From Escherichia coli (GTDB lineage: Bacteria > Pseudomonadota > Gammaproteobacteria > Enterobacterales > Enterobacteriaceae): 64,000 nt of DNA. A program made the position numbers and the translations under genes. Below are positions 44,703 through 55,690 of the stretch, one piece after another. The notes below the pieces were generated by a model. The model worked only from the letters and a program-made list of their open reading frames with translations. It searched no databases and had not been told where the DNA came from. The stretch lies in the NCBI RefSeq assembly GCF_024502345.1, contig NZ_JALDNN010000001.1; one strand, written 5' to 3'. Numbering within the stretch: the stretch's first letter is position 1; each line of letters begins with the position of its first letter.

Positions 44703-46772
44703 ATGTCTGAGAAAACTTTTCTGGTGGAAATCGGCACTGAAGAGCTGCCACCAAAAGCACTGCGCAGCCTGGCTGAGTCCTTTGCTGCGAATTTTACTGC
44801 GGAGCTGGATAACGCTGGCCTCGCACACGGCACCGTTCAATGGTTTGCTGCTCCGCGTCGTCTGGCGCTGAAAGTAGCTAACCTGGCGGAAGCGCAACCG
44901 GATCGTGAAATCGAAAAACGCGGCCCGGCGATTGCCCAGGCGTTCGACGCTGAAGGCAAACCGAGCAAAGCGGCAGAAGGTTGGGCGCGTGGTTGCGGTA
45001 TTACCGTTGACCAGGCTGAGCGTCTGACTACCGATAAAGGCGAATGGCTGCTGTATCGCGCCCATGTGAAGGGCGAAAGCACCGAAGCACTGCTGCCGAA
45101 TATGGTTGCGACTTCTCTGGCGAAACTGCCGATCCCGAAACTGATGCGTTGGGGCGCAAGCGACGTGCACTTCGTGCGTCCGGTGCACACCGTGACCCTG
45201 CTGCTGGGCGACAAAGTCATTCCGGCAACCATTCTGGGCATTCAGTCCGATCGCGTGATTCGCGGCCACCGCTTTATGGGCGAGCCGGAATTCACCATCG
45301 ATAACGCCGATCAGTATCCGGAAATTCTGCGTGAGCGTGGGAAAGTCATCGCCGATTACGAAGAACGTAAGGCGAAGATTAAAGCCGATGCCGAAGAAGC
45401 AGCGCGTAAGATTGGCGGTAACGCTGACTTAAGCGAAAGCCTGCTGGAAGAAGTGGCTTCGCTGGTGGAGTGGCCGGTCGTTCTGACCGCAAAATTCGAA
45501 GAGAAATTCCTCGCGGTGCCGGCTGAAGCGCTGGTTTACACCATGAAAGGTGACCAGAAATACTTCCCGGTGTATGCGAACGACGGCAAACTGCTGCCGA
45601 ACTTTATCTTCGTTGCCAACATCGAATCGAAAGATCCGCAGCAAATTATCTCTGGTAACGAGAAAGTCGTTCGTCCGCGTCTGGCGGATGCCGAGTTCTT
45701 CTTCAACACCGACCGTAAAAAACGTCTTGAAGATAACCTGCCGCGCCTGCAAACCGTGTTGTTCCAGCAACAGTTGGGGACGCTGCGCGACAAAACTGAC
45801 CGCATCCAGGCGCTGGCTGGCTGGATTGCTGAACAGATTGGCGCTGACGTTAACCACGCTACCCGTGCGGGTCTGCTGTCTAAGTGCGACCTGATGACCA
45901 ACATGGTCTTCGAGTTCACCGACACCCAGGGCGTTATGGGGATGCACTATGCGCGTCACGATGGCGAAGCGGAAGATGTCGCGGTGGCGCTGAATGAGCA
46001 GTATCAGCCGCGCTTTGCCGGTGATGACCTGCCGTCTAACCCGGTAGCCTGTGCGCTGGCGATTGCTGACAAGATGGATACTCTGGCGGGTATCTTCGGT
46101 ATCGGCCAGCATCCGAAAGGCGACAAAGACCCGTTTGCGCTGCGTCGTGCCGCACTTGGCGTGCTGCGAATTATCGTTGAGAAGAACCTCAACCTTGATC
46201 TGCAAACGCTGACCGAAGAAGCGGTGCGTCTGTATGGCGATAAGCTGACTAATGCCAACGTAGTTGATGATGTTATCGACTTTATGCTCGGTCGCTTCCG
46301 CGCCTGGTATCAGGACGAAGGTTATACCGTTGACACCATCCAGGCGGTACTGGCGCGTCGTCCGACTCGTCCGGCTGATTTCGATGCCCGTATGAAAGCG
46401 GTATCGCATTTCCGTACCCTGGATGCAGCTGCTGCACTGGCGGCGGCGAACAAACGTGTATCTAACATTCTGGCGAAATCTGACGAAGTGCTGAGCGATC
46501 GCGTGAATGCCTCTACCCTGAAAGAGCCGGAAGAAATTAAACTGGCGATGCAGGTTGTGGTGCTACGTGACAAGCTGGAGCCGTACTTTGCGGAAGGTCG
46601 TTACCAGGATGCGCTGGTCGAACTGGCTGAGCTGCGTGAACCGGTTGATGCTTTCTTCGATAAAGTGATGGTAATGGTTGATGACAAAGAATTGCGTATC
46701 AACCGTCTGACCATGCTGGAGAAACTGCGCGAACTGTTCCTGCGCGTTGCGGATATTTCGCTGTTGCAGTAA
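44703..46772 (+). CDS. glyS: Glycine--tRNA ligase beta subunit
   Basis: 689-aa ORF recognised as GlyS. Confidence 0.96.
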   Translation: MSEKTFLVEIGTEELPPKALRSLAESFAANFTAELDNAGLAHGTVQWFAAPRRLALKVANLAEAQPDREIEKRGPAIAQAFDAEGKPSKAAEGWARGCGITVDQAERLTTDKGEWLLYRAHVKGESTEALLPNMVATSLAKLPIPKLMRWGASDVHFVRPVHTVTLLLGDKVIPATILGIQSDRVIRGHRFMGEPEFTIDNADQYPEILRERGKVIADYEERKAKIKADAEEAARKIGGNADLSESLLEEVASLVEWPVVLTAKFEEKFLAVPAEALVYTMKGDQKYFPVYANDGKLLPNFIFVANIESKDPQQIISGNEKVVRPRLADAEFFFNTDRKKRLEDNLPRLQTVLFQQQLGTLRDKTDRIQALAGWIAEQIGADVNHATRAGLLSKCDLMTNMVFEFTDTQGVMGMHYARHDGEAEDVAVALNEQYQPRFAGDDLPSNPVACALAIADKMDTLAGIFGIGQHPKGDKDPFALRRAALGVLRIIVEKNLNLDLQTLTEEAVRLYGDKLTNANVVDDVIDFMLGRFRAWYQDEGYTVDTIQAVLARRPTRPADFDARMKAVSHFRTLDAAAALAAANKRVSNILAKSDEVLSDRVNASTLKEPEEIKLAMQVVVLRDKLEPYFAEGRYQDALVELAELREPVDAFFDKVMVMVDDKELRINRLTMLEKLRELFLRVADISLLQ

Positions 46773-46787
46773 TAACGCCGTTATTAA

Positions 46788-46818
46788 AAAGCCTGCCATC
46801 TGGCAGGCTTTTTTTATT
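46788..46818 (+). terminator. Rho-independent terminator of glyQS
   Basis: agcctgcc-atct-ggcaggct followed by a T-run. Confidence 0.7.
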
Positions 46819-46979
46819 ATCGCTAAATAATACAGCAACCTTTAATAATCTTCTGCTGAATAAAGATTATCTCATATATTAATTTTATGAGGTTTTTTTA
46901 GGATTATATCAAGGAGAAGAAACAAACTTATTAAGCTAGAATAGCCACGGGTGCTTGAGACTGTTTGTCTCAGGTATTC

Positions 46980-47060
46980 ACCGAAAGGCAGACAGAGAAA
47001 AGCCCCACCTGACTATAAATCAAAGTGAGGCTACCCTATGCCTGAACACCATAAGGTTAG
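46980..47060 (-). ncRNA. sokA: Putative SokA antisense RNA of the hokA/sokA type I toxin-antitoxin locus
   Basis: Placed by analogy with hok/sok loci, where Sok is antisense to the mok translation-initiation region (here the mok-like ATG at 47038). Boundaries approximate; no promoter or terminator mapped. Confidence 0.3.
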
Positions 47061-47097
47061 CCTCTTACTCGTTGGAAATCAACACAGGGGGCTGGGA

Positions 47098-47250
47098 ATG
47101 CCGCAGAAATATAGATTACTTTCTTTAATAGTGATTTGTTTCACGCTTTTATTTTTCACCTGGATGATAAGAGATTCACTGTGTGAATTGCATATTAAAC
47201 AGGGGAGTTATGAGCTGGCGGCATTTTTAGCCTGCAATTTAAAAGAGTAA
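47098..47250 (+). CDS. hokA: Hok-family type I toxin HokA, with an in-frame upstream mok-like start at 47038
   Basis: 50-aa product MPQKYRLLSLIVICFTLLFFTWMIRDSLCELHIKQGSYELAAFLACNLKE (single TM, Hok signature). An in-frame ATG at 47038 with SD gtgagg gives a 70-aa reading frame. No IS element follows. Confidence 0.8.
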   Translation: MPQKYRLLSLIVICFTLLFFTWMIRDSLCELHIKQGSYELAAFLACNLKE

Positions 47251-47258
47251 GAGTCTTC

Positions 47259-47285
47259 GGCGGGAAGTTATTCCCGCCTTTCTTA
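47259..47285 (+). terminator. Hairpin at the 3' end of the hokA transcript
   Basis: ggcggga-agtta-tcccgcc followed by tttctt. Confidence 0.45.
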
Positions 47286-47380
47286 CGGCGTTGCGCATTC
47301 TCATTGCACCCAAATTTATTTTTCACAAAAATAATACTAGATTTTATTACGCGATCGATTATTTATTTCCTGAAAAACAA

Positions 47381-47410
47381 ATAAAAAAATCCCCGCCAAA
47401 TGGCAGGGAT
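47381..47410 (-). terminator. cspA rho-independent terminator
   Basis: On the minus strand ccctgcc-attt-ggcgggg followed by a T-run. Confidence 0.6.
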
Positions 47411-47437
47411 CTTAGATTCTGTGCTTTTAAGCAGAGA

Positions 47438-47650
47438 TTACAGGCTGGTTACGTTACCAGCTGCCGGGCCTTTAGCGCCGCTTTCGATGGTGAAGGACAC
47501 TTTCTGACCTTCGTCCAGAGATTTGTAACCATCGTTCTGGATAGCAGAGAAGTGTACGAACACGTCTTTAGAGCCATCGTCAGGAGTGATGAAGCCGAAG
47601 CCTTTGTCAGCGTTGAACCATTTTACGATACCAGTCATTTTACCGGACAT
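47438..47650 (-). CDS. cspA: Major cold-shock protein CspA
   Basis: 70 aa, [21 protein letters not shown] with RNP motifs. Confidence 0.96.
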
Positions 47651-47810
47651 AGTGTATTACCTTTAATAATTAAGTGTGCCTTTCGGCGATATGGCGTGCT
47701 TTACAGATTTTGAAGCGTTAAAGGAATGTGCACTACGAGGGGTATCAACGATAACTCTTGAAGGGACTTGCCTTACTACACTGCTTTAATGGTCTGTACG
47801 TCAAACCGTT
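47651..47810 (-). promoter_or_regulatory. cspA long 5' UTR (cold-responsive RNA thermosensor region)
   Basis: About 160 nt between the presumed promoter and the cspA ATG; established for K-12 cspA. Exact 5' end not determined. Confidence 0.55.
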
Positions 47811-47877
47811 GATGTGCATTAAGCCACGCATTGGCGGGTGATGCAACAATTATTTTTCATATTTATGATTAATCGGT

Positions 47878-47904
47878 TGGAAAACGGTCCTGTCATCAGG
47901 ACCG
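47878..47904 (-). terminator. Terminator-like hairpin downstream of yiaG
   Basis: ggtcctg-tcatc-aggacc palindrome with flanking T-run on the minus strand. Confidence 0.45.
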
Positions 47905-47930
47905 TAAACAGCAATAAAGTGGATAAAAGT

Positions 47931-48221
47931 CTATTCCATCAACTGCTTACTTAATGCCGGGTTGGCTTGAATCAAACGCATCAATTTTAGTTCGGCACTT
48001 GAAGGCTTCACGCGTCTGGATTCCCATTCCTTTACCATGGCGACTGATACGCCCAAAACCCGGGCGAAATCATCGATTTTTAACCCTGTCCCTTTTCGTA
48101 ACTGCTCAATTTCGGTACAGGACGTTGTTCTGTGCGTCAGGGTAATTTTCTGCGTTTCATCTTTAAAAACAATCTGTTCCAGGCTGCTCAACAGCTCATG
48201 CATTGGATCTTTATATTCCAT
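47931..48221 (-). CDS. yiaG: HTH (XRE-family) transcriptional regulator YiaG
   Basis: 96 aa, C-terminal HTH; no partner toxin-like ORF seen upstream. Confidence 0.85.
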   Translation of the reverse strand: MEYKDPMHELLSSLEQIVFKDETQKITLTHRTTSCTEIEQLRKGTGLKIDDFARVLGVSVAMVKEWESRRVKPSSAELKLMRLIQANPALSKQLME

Positions 48222-48654
48222 TGAAAACTCCTCAAATCACACTGCGGGATCGTGAATTGCATCGAAGCTCATTAAGAATAGTCGGGAAAAGCAGACACAG
48301 CGGGGTGAAGTCAGGGCATGCTCTGGCTATGATTCGATTCAGCCAGTCATTTAGCGTGACTTATAGCCACCTAACGATCTGATAAATGCCGATATATTTC
48401 TTACCACTCCCGGTTTGTAAAGATTTCGAAAATCTAACGTTCTGCGAAGGCGTAAATCTCGGGCTACAAAAAAGGCAACGGCAATATCATTTTTTAACAA
48501 TGAAACAACAAATTAACCTTGTTTCATTTTCTCCATGATTTTACCAGGAAGATTACGTAGAAAGGGTATCCTGCAAGCCTGTCCTGGACTATCCTTGTCA
48601 CGTCAGACACGCGTGTGTCGTTGTGCGCTTTTTTTGGGTGAAAGGAGTAAGAAA

Positions 48655-49365
48655 ATGGCGACAGGAAAGTCCTGCTCTCGCTGGTTTGCGCCTCTTGCGG
48701 CGTTATTAATGGTAGTTAGCCTGAGTGGGTGTTTTGATAAAGAAGGCGATCAGCGTAAAGCGTTTATCGACTTCCTGCAGAATACAGTGATGCGTAGCGG
48801 TGAACGTCTACCAACCCTGACTGCCGATCAGAAAAAACAGTTTGGTCCTTTTGTCTCTGATTACGCGATTCTGTATGGTTATTCTCAGCAGGTGAATCAG
48901 GCGATGGATTCCGGTCTGCGCCCGGTTGTAGACAGCGTTAACGCAATTCGCGTACCGCAGGATTACGTTACGCAAAGCGGTCCGCTGCGTGAAATGAATG
49001 GTTCGCTGGGTGTGCTGGCGCAACAACTGCAAAATGCGAAGTTGCAGGCCGATGCTGCGCACTCTGCGCTAAAACAGAGTGATGACCTGAAACCGGTCTT
49101 TGATCAGGCATTCACCAAAGTGGTAACGACGCCAGCTGATGCATTGCAACCGTTGATTCCGGCGGCACAAACTTTCACGCAACAACTGGTGATGGTTGGA
49201 GACTACATTGCCCAACAAGGTACTCAGGTGAGCTTTGTAGCAAATGGCATCCAGTTCCCGACTTCACAGCAGGCAAGTGAATATAACAAACTGATTGCGC
49301 CATTACCGGCACAACATCAGGCGTTTAATCAGGCCTGGACTACAGCAGTTACTGCAACCCAATAA
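48655..49365 (+). CDS. yiaF: Uncharacterised lipoprotein YiaF
   Basis: Begins MATGKSCSRWFAPLAALLMVVSLSGC, 236 aa, lipobox LSGC; ORF-track entry is extended upstream. Confidence 0.85.
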   Translation: MATGKSCSRWFAPLAALLMVVSLSGCFDKEGDQRKAFIDFLQNTVMRSGERLPTLTADQKKQFGPFVSDYAILYGYSQQVNQAMDSGLRPVVDSVNAIRVPQDYVTQSGPLREMNGSLGVLAQQLQNAKLQADAAHSALKQSDDLKPVFDQAFTKVVTTPADALQPLIPAAQTFTQQLVMVGDYIAQQGTQVSFVANGIQFPTSQQASEYNKLIAPLPAQHQAFNQAWTTAVTATQ

Positions 49366-49414
49366 AGAGTAAAAGCCCGAGCGATTATCGGGCTTTACTC
49401 CACGCAGTCGCGGC

Positions 49415-50389
49415 TTAGTCCGCGACGTGCGGATTCACACAGTTCTTCTCAACCTTTCCTTGTAACGCATCAATCAAATTATCCACGGCACAGGCGGCCA
49501 TGCCATAACGCGTCTCATGGGTGGCAGATCCAATATGCGGTACTGCGACGACGTTGGCCATTGAGAGCAACGGCGAATCTACGGACAGTGGCTCTTGTTC
49601 GAAGACATCCAGCCCGGCGGCGTGAATTTCCCCTTTCTGCAATGCTGCGATCAGTGCATTTTCGTCAACCACCGGGCCACGTCCGGCATTAATGAAAATG
49701 GCGGAGGATTTCATTTTGGCGAATTGTTCTGCGCCAAACAGATGATGCGTCTCATCAGTTAACGGCAGGATCAGGCAAACGAAATCTGACTCTTGTAACA
49801 GAGTATCCAAATCGCAGTAGCGGGCGTTGAAGCGTTCTTCTGCTTCTTTATGGTGGCGGCGCGCGTTATAGAGGATGGGCATGTTGAAGCCAAAGTGCGC
49901 ACGTTGTGCCAGCGCCATGCCGATCCGTCCCATCCCGACAATGCCCAGTGTTTTATGGTGAACGTCAGTGCCGTACCAGTCCGGGCCTATGCTCGCGGTC
50001 CATTCGCCTGCTTTTACCCGTTCTGCTACCTCCACAACCCGACGAGCGGTAGACAACACCAGCGCCATCAGCGTATCGGCGACGGTTTCTGTTAATACGG
50101 TTGGCGTGTGCATCAGCAGAATTTTTCGGGCGGTAAGCGCATCGACATCAAAATTGTCATAGCCGACGGAGATCGTTGATGTGGCACGCAGTTTCGGCAT
50201 TTTTTCCAGCAATGCGGCATCTACATTCTCGTTTGAACCCAGTAAACCTTCAGCTTCGGCAAAAATTGCTGCATTTTGTTCGACGGTTTGTGGGCTGAGG
50301 TTTGCCACCTGGTGAACGGTGAAATGCTCTTGCAGGCGTTGCAGTAAATCATCAGGTAAGGCTTTGTAGAGGATAACGGACGGCTTCAT
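49415..50389 (-). CDS. ghrB: Glyoxylate/hydroxypyruvate reductase B
   Basis: 324 aa from [15 protein letters not shown]-2-hydroxyacid dehydrogenase family. Confidence 0.93.
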   Translation of the reverse strand: MKPSVILYKALPDDLLQRLQEHFTVHQVANLSPQTVEQNAAIFAEAEGLLGSNENVDAALLEKMPKLRATSTISVGYDNFDVDALTARKILLMHTPTVLTETVADTLMALVLSTARRVVEVAERVKAGEWTASIGPDWYGTDVHHKTLGIVGMGRIGMALAQRAHFGFNMPILYNARRHHKEAEERFNARYCDLDTLLQESDFVCLILPLTDETHHLFGAEQFAKMKSSAIFINAGRGPVVDENALIAALQKGEIHAAGLDVFEQEPLSVDSPLLSMANVVAVPHIGSATHETRYGMAACAVDNLIDALQGKVEKNCVNPHVAD

Positions 50390-50492
50390 GCTTCTCTCCA
50401 TTCACTGATAAGGCGATCACCTTAGCCTGAAATATGATGAAGGAAAACTGAAGAATGCCAGGTGATTTCTGCATCACCTGGCATGAAAGGGA

Positions 50493-51152
50493 TTACAGCG
50501 GGCTTAAGGTAATTTCTACACGGCGGTTTTGCGCCTTACCTTCTGCGGTGCTGTTGCTGGCGATTGGGTTAGCCGGGCCAAGGCCCTGAGTACGGATGCG
50601 GCTGGCGTCCACGCCCTGGGTGATCAACGCGCTGGCAACGGAATCCGCACGTTGCTGGGAGAGACGCATGTTCAGGTCGTGACCACCCGTGCTGTCGGTA
50701 TAACCAATCACGTTAACCGCCGTTTTCGGATACTCTTTCAGCACCATTGCCACGCCGGTCAGGGTGTTAGCGCCCGCAGGTTTCAGGGTCGCGCTGCTGC
50801 TGTCGAAGGTCACGTTGTTCGGCATATTGAGGATAATGTTATCCCCGCTGCGGGTTACGCTAACACCAGTGCCGCGCATTTTGTCACGCAGCTTCGCTTC
50901 CTGCACATCCATGTAATAACCAACGCCGCCGCCCAGAGCTGCGCCTGCTGCTGCGCCAATCAGCGCGCCTTTACCGCGATCTTTCTTCGAAGAAGAGAGC
51001 GCACCAATACCCGCGCCCACGAGAGAGCCCAGACCTGCGCCGATAGCAGATTTACCTGCTTCGCGTTCGCCGGTGTAAGGGTTAGTTGTGCAGCCAGATA
51101 CCGCCAGAGCGCCACTCACTACGGCGGCAATAAGATAAACACGTTTCTTCAT
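50493..51152 (-). CDS. yiaD: OmpA-family lipoprotein YiaD
   Basis: 219 aa, lipobox VSGC, Gly-rich linker, OmpA-like C-terminal domain. Confidence 0.88.
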   Translation of the reverse strand: MKKRVYLIAAVVSGALAVSGCTTNPYTGEREAGKSAIGAGLGSLVGAGIGALSSSKKDRGKGALIGAAAGAALGGGVGYYMDVQEAKLRDKMRGTGVSVTRSGDNIILNMPNNVTFDSSSATLKPAGANTLTGVAMVLKEYPKTAVNVIGYTDSTGGHDLNMRLSQQRADSVASALITQGVDASRIRTQGLGPANPIASNSTAEGKAQNRRVEITLSPL

Positions 51153-51304
51153 TGTTAATCCTTAATAACCTTTTTATTCTTTGCCACGGGTTCCGTGGCG
51201 GGAGATTATGCCGCGTGAACATGAAGATTATTCCTGGGAATACTCGGAAATTTGTAAGTAATATTTAACTGCTCAATACATCTAACCTTTCAGGAGTCTT
51301 CGGT

Positions 51305-53638
51305 TTGGCCAACTCATCCTCACGATATTCCGTTCTGACTGCCGCCCATTGGGGGCCCATGCTGGTTGAAACCGACGGCGAAACCGTGTTTAGCTCGCGT
51401 GGCGCGTTAGCCACAGGAATGGAAAACTCCTTGCAGAGCGCGGTTCGCGACCAGGTTCACAGCAATACGCGGGTACGATTTCCAATGGTGCGCAAAGGCT
51501 TTCTCGCGTCACCGGAAAACCCGCAAGGCATTCGTGGGCAGGATGAATTTGTTCGCGTGAGTTGGGATGAGGCGCTGGATCTTATTCACCAACAACATAA
51601 ACGCATTCGTGAGGCTTATGGTCCGGCATCGATTTTTGCTGGTTCCTACGGCTGGCGTTCAAACGGCGTGCTGCATAAGGCCTCGACATTATTACAACGC
51701 TATATGGCGCTGGCAGGCGGTTATACCGGGCATCTGGGGGATTATTCGACCGGCGCGGCACAGGCGATCATGCCGTATGTCGTGGGTGGTAGTGAAGTTT
51801 ATCAACAGCAGACCAGTTGGCCGCTGGTGCTGGAACATAGCGATGTCGTGGTGCTGTGGAGTGCTAACCCACTCAATACGCTGAAAATTGCGTGGAATGC
51901 ATCCGATGAGCAGGGGCTTTCTTACTTTTCTGCACTGCGTGACAGCGGGAAAAAGCTGATCTGCATTGATCCAATGCGATCGGAAACCGTCGATTTCTTT
52001 GGCTATAAAATGGAGTGGGTGGCACCGCACATGGGCACCGATGTTGCGCTGATGCTGGGGATCGCCCATACGCTGGTGGAAAATGGTTGGCACGACGAAG
52101 CGTTTCTGGCGCGTTGCACCACAGGTTATGCCGTCTTCGCCTCTTATTTGCTGGGCGAGAGTGACGGAATAGCGAAAAACGCCGAATGGGCGGCAGAGAT
52201 TTGTGGTGTTGGCGCAGCGAAAATCCGCGAGCTGGCGGCTATTTTCCACCAAAATACCACCATGCTGATGGCAGGCTGGGGAATGCAGCGCCAACAGTTT
52301 GGTGAGCAAAAACACTGGATGATCGTCACGCTGGCAGCAATGTTGGGGCAAATCGGCACACCCGGCGGCGGTTTTGGTCTTTCTTACCATTTTGCCAATG
52401 GTGGTAACCCCACGCGGCGCGCTGCGGTACTCTCTTCCATGCAGGGCAGCTTGCCGGGTGGCTGCGATGCGGTAGATAAAATCCCTGTCGCCCGCATTGT
52501 TGAAGCACTGGAAAACCCTGGTGGCGCATATCAACACAACGGTATGAACCGACATTTCCCGGATATTCGTTTTATCTGGTGGGCGGGCGGTGCCAACTTT
52601 ACTCATCATCAGGATACCAATCGCCTGATCCGTGCCTGGCAAAAACCGGAGCTGGTGGTGATCTCTGAATGCTTCTGGACGGCGGCGGCAAAACACGCGG
52701 ATATCGTTCTGCCTGCGACTACCTCTTTTGAGCGTAATGATCTCACCATGACCGGTGATTACAGTAATCAGCATCTGGTGCCGATGAAGCAAGTGGTGCC
52801 GCCACGCTATGAAGCGCGTAATGATTTTGATGTTTTTGCCGAGTTAAGTGAACGCTGGGAGAAGGGCGGTTATGCACGTTTTACGGAAGGAAAAAGTGAG
52901 CTGCAATGGCTGGAAACGTTTTATAACGTTGCCCGACAGCGCGGGGCAAGCCAGCAGGTTGAATTGCCGCCATTTGCTGAGTTCTGGCAAGCCAATCAGT
53001 TAATTGAGATGCCGGAAAACCCGGACAGCGAGCGGTTTATTCGCTTCGCTGATTTTTGCCGCGATCCGCAGGCGCATCCATTAAAAACCGCCAGCGGTAA
53101 GATTGAAATCTTCTCGCAGCGTATTGCCGATTACGCTTATCCGGATTGCCCGGGGCATCCAATGTGGCTGGTGCCGGACGAATGGCAGGGCAATGCCGAA
53201 CCGGAACAGTTACAGGTACTTTCTGCTCATCCGGCGCATCGTCTGCACAGCCAGCTGAATTACAGTTCTCTGCGCGAATTGTACGCGGTGGCAAACCGTG
53301 AGCCTGTCACCATTCATCCTGACGATGCCCAGGCGCGCGGCATACAAGATGGCGATACTGTTCGGCTGTGGAACTCACGCGGGCAAATTCTTGCCGGAGC
53401 GGTCATTAGCGAGGGAATTAAACCTGGCGTGATTTGCATTCACGAAGGGGCATGGCCGGATCTGGATTTAACCGCTGACGGTATTTGTAAAAACGGCGCA
53501 GTGAACGTGCTGACCAAAGATCTCCCCAGCTCGCGGCTGGGGAATGGCTGTGCGGGTAATACGGCGCTGGCATGGCTAGAAAAATACAACGGCCCGGAAC
53601 TGACACTTACAGCGTTTGAACCACCGGCCAGCTCATAA
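51305..53638 (+). CDS. bisC: Biotin sulfoxide reductase (molybdoenzyme)
   Basis: 777-aa ORF of the DMSO reductase family. Confidence 0.93.
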   Translation: MANSSSRYSVLTAAHWGPMLVETDGETVFSSRGALATGMENSLQSAVRDQVHSNTRVRFPMVRKGFLASPENPQGIRGQDEFVRVSWDEALDLIHQQHKRIREAYGPASIFAGSYGWRSNGVLHKASTLLQRYMALAGGYTGHLGDYSTGAAQAIMPYVVGGSEVYQQQTSWPLVLEHSDVVVLWSANPLNTLKIAWNASDEQGLSYFSALRDSGKKLICIDPMRSETVDFFGYKMEWVAPHMGTDVALMLGIAHTLVENGWHDEAFLARCTTGYAVFASYLLGESDGIAKNAEWAAEICGVGAAKIRELAAIFHQNTTMLMAGWGMQRQQFGEQKHWMIVTLAAMLGQIGTPGGGFGLSYHFANGGNPTRRAAVLSSMQGSLPGGCDAVDKIPVARIVEALENPGGAYQHNGMNRHFPDIRFIWWAGGANFTHHQDTNRLIRAWQKPELVVISECFWTAAAKHADIVLPATTSFERNDLTMTGDYSNQHLVPMKQVVPPRYEARNDFDVFAELSERWEKGGYARFTEGKSELQWLETFYNVARQRGASQQVELPPFAEFWQANQLIEMPENPDSERFIRFADFCRDPQAHPLKTASGKIEIFSQRIADYAYPDCPGHPMWLVPDEWQGNAEPEQLQVLSAHPAHRLHSQLNYSSLRELYAVANREPVTIHPDDAQARGIQDGDTVRLWNSRGQILAGAVISEGIKPGVICIHEGAWPDLDLTADGICKNGAVNVLTKDLPSSRLGNGCAGNTALAWLEKYNGPELTLTAFEPPASS

Positions 53639-54047
53639 TCCAGGTGGGTAGTTGGGTTTCATCCTGCCATGCGCAATCGACAATGTGAAAACCCTGCGCC
53701 TGGTAAAAATCTATCGCCGGTTGATTTTTTTGATAAACCTCCAGCATCAGATGGGGATGGCGCTGTTGCACATACTGCATCAGCGCCTTACCAATACCGC
53801 GCCTGACGGCCTTCGGTGCGACAAACATCGCTGCCAGAAATCGGCCTTCCATAATGCTGACAAAACCGAGAAGCTTACTGTCTTCTTCCCAGACCCAGTT
53901 TTGTGCGTTGGCAAGATAGGCATCCCGCACCAGTGGAATGCACTCGCGCCAGTAATTCGCTTTTATAAAGGGATGGCCCCAGGTTGTACTTTCCAGCCAC
54001 AGTTCGAGGATCGCGGGGAGTTCTGAACGTTGCGCTTCCCTAATCAT
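53607..54047 (-). CDS. yiaC: GNAT-family N-acetyltransferase YiaC
   Basis: 146 aa; convergent with bisC, 3' ends overlap by 32 bp. Confidence 0.85.
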   Translation of the reverse strand: MIREAQRSELPAILELWLESTTWGHPFIKANYWRECIPLVRDAYLANAQNWVWEEDSKLLGFVSIMEGRFLAAMFVAPKAVRRGIGKALMQYVQQRHPHLMLEVYQKNQPAIDFYQAQGFHIVDCAWQDETQLPTWIMSWPVVQTL

Positions 54048-54607
54048 GGTTTATTTCCCGGATAGCAACAGCAGCCAACCACATGATCATTCACCAGCCC
54101 ACATGCCTGCATAAAGGAGTAACAGATTGTGGTACCGACAAACTTAAAACCACGTTTTTTCAGTGCCTTAGATAGGGCGTCGGAGGCGGGCGTAGATGTG
54201 GGGATTTCGCTCAACGTTGTGGCTTGTGTCACCTGTGGCTGATGATTTACAAACGACCAGACAAAGTCGGCAAACGGTTCGCCGTTCTGTTCCATTTGCA
54301 GGTACGCCCGCGCATTACCAATAATTGCCTGAATTTTCCCGCGATGGCGGATAATCCCGGCGTCCTGTACCAGTCTTTCGACATCCTCTTCCTGCATTGC
54401 GGCAACCTTCACCGGATCGAACTGATGAAAGCAGGCGCGATAGTTTTCGCGTTTTTTGAGGACGGTGATCCACGATAACCCAGCCTGCTGCCCTTCCAGG
54501 CAGATCATTTCGAACAGTTTTTTACTGTCAGTTTCAGGCACGCCCCACTCATTATCATGGTAGGCAATATAAAGCGGGTCCTGACTCACCCAGCCGCAAC
54601 GTTCCAT
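54044..54607 (-). CDS. tag: DNA-3-methyladenine glycosylase I
   Basis: 187 aa from MERCGWVSQDPLYIAYHDNEWGVPETD; ORF-track entry has a 55-codon upstream extension. Confidence 0.93.
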   Translation of the reverse strand: MERCGWVSQDPLYIAYHDNEWGVPETDSKKLFEMICLEGQQAGLSWITVLKKRENYRACFHQFDPVKVAAMQEEDVERLVQDAGIIRHRGKIQAIIGNARAYLQMEQNGEPFADFVWSFVNHQPQVTQATTLSEIPTSTPASDALSKALKKRGFKFVGTTICYSFMQACGLVNDHVVGCCCYPGNKP

Positions 54608-54697
54608 ACTTTCCCTCGCTATGTACCCGATCGTAAAAATTTCAGCCGCTTTTCTTGACGCATCGGTGAAAAAGTCAATATTTAATACAGGGCTACT

Positions 54698-55462
54698 ATG
54701 CCCGATATCCTTCATACAATGACAATAATATTGCCGAATTCGGCTCTTCCCTGGAGTCGTGTTAATGATCATAAAAAAAGCGGTGGTCGCTGGCAGCTAA
54801 GCCTGCTGGCGAGTGTGGTAATCAGTGCCTTTTTTCTCAACACAGCTTACGCCTGGCAACAAGAATATATCGTTGATACGCAACCCGGGCATTCCACAGA
54901 GCGTTACACCTGGGATAGTGAACATCAACCTGATTACAACGATATTTTGTCGCAACGTATTCAAAGTAGCCAAAGGGCGCTGGGACTGGAAGTCAATCTG
55001 GCGGAAGAAACCCCTGTGGATGTGACCAGCAGTATGAGTATGGGCTGGAATTTTCCTTTATATGAACAGGTTACAACTGGCCCGGTCGCGGCATTACATT
55101 ACGATGGCACAACCACCTCGATGTATAACGAGTTTGGCGACAGTACTACCACGCTGACCGATCCGTTATGGCATGCCAGCGTGAGTACCTTAGGCTGGCG
55201 TGTTGACTCCCGGCTTGGCGAGCTCCGACCCTGGGCGCAAATCAGCTATAACCAGCAATTTGGCGAGAATATCTGGAAGGCGCAATCAGGCCTGAGCCGG
55301 ATGACGGCGACAAACCAGAACGGCAACTGGCTGGATGTCACCGTAGGCGCTGATATGTTGCTCAATCAAAATATTGCCGCCTATGCCGCGCTATCTCAGG
55401 CAGAAAATACCACTAACAATAGCGATTATCTGTATACGATGGGGGTTAGTGCCAGATTTTAA
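54698..55462 (+). CDS. yhjY: YhjY (autotransporter-like outer-membrane protein); start codon uncertain
   Basis: Open frame of 254 codons ending in a C-terminal Phe. The best-RBS ATG (54765) is out of frame by 1 nt across an A7 tract; in-frame ATGs at 54698 and 54719 have weak RBS. Confidence 0.6.
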   Translation: MPDILHTMTIILPNSALPWSRVNDHKKSGGRWQLSLLASVVISAFFLNTAYAWQQEYIVDTQPGHSTERYTWDSEHQPDYNDILSQRIQSSQRALGLEVNLAEETPVDVTSSMSMGWNFPLYEQVTTGPVAALHYDGTTTSMYNEFGDSTTTLTDPLWHASVSTLGWRVDSRLGELRPWAQISYNQQFGENIWKAQSGLSRMTATNQNGNWLDVTVGADMLLNQNIAAYAALSQAENTTNNSDYLYTMGVSARF

Positions 55463-55690
55463 CGTAACAATCACAATTGAAACCATTGGATAACAATAGT
55501 TGTGGCGATAGTGGGTGCTAACTTACCAAATAATAAATTTGGTGAATAATTGTCGCGTCATTCATTCCTGAACTAAGGCATTTCATTCCGTTCTGATGGC
55601 ATTTCATGCCGTTTTTCCCCAGGCATAAAGTGCACTTCGTTATGGTTGTCGGCAGAGATTTTTCCTTTTTATTACTGCAGGAATACTGCC

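Noticed and set aside
44190-46409. Long minus-strand ORFs (44190–45269, 45429–46409)
   Set aside because: Antisense to glyQ and glyS; typical shadow ORFs in GC-rich highly expressed genes.
47931-48534. Possible toxin partner for the XRE-family regulator yiaG (HigB/HigA-like pair)
   Set aside because: No ORF of suitable size with an RBS is present upstream or downstream on the same strand; yiaG appears to be a solitary regulator.
51692-52792. 366-aa minus-strand ORF
   Set aside because: Antisense within bisC; no independent support.
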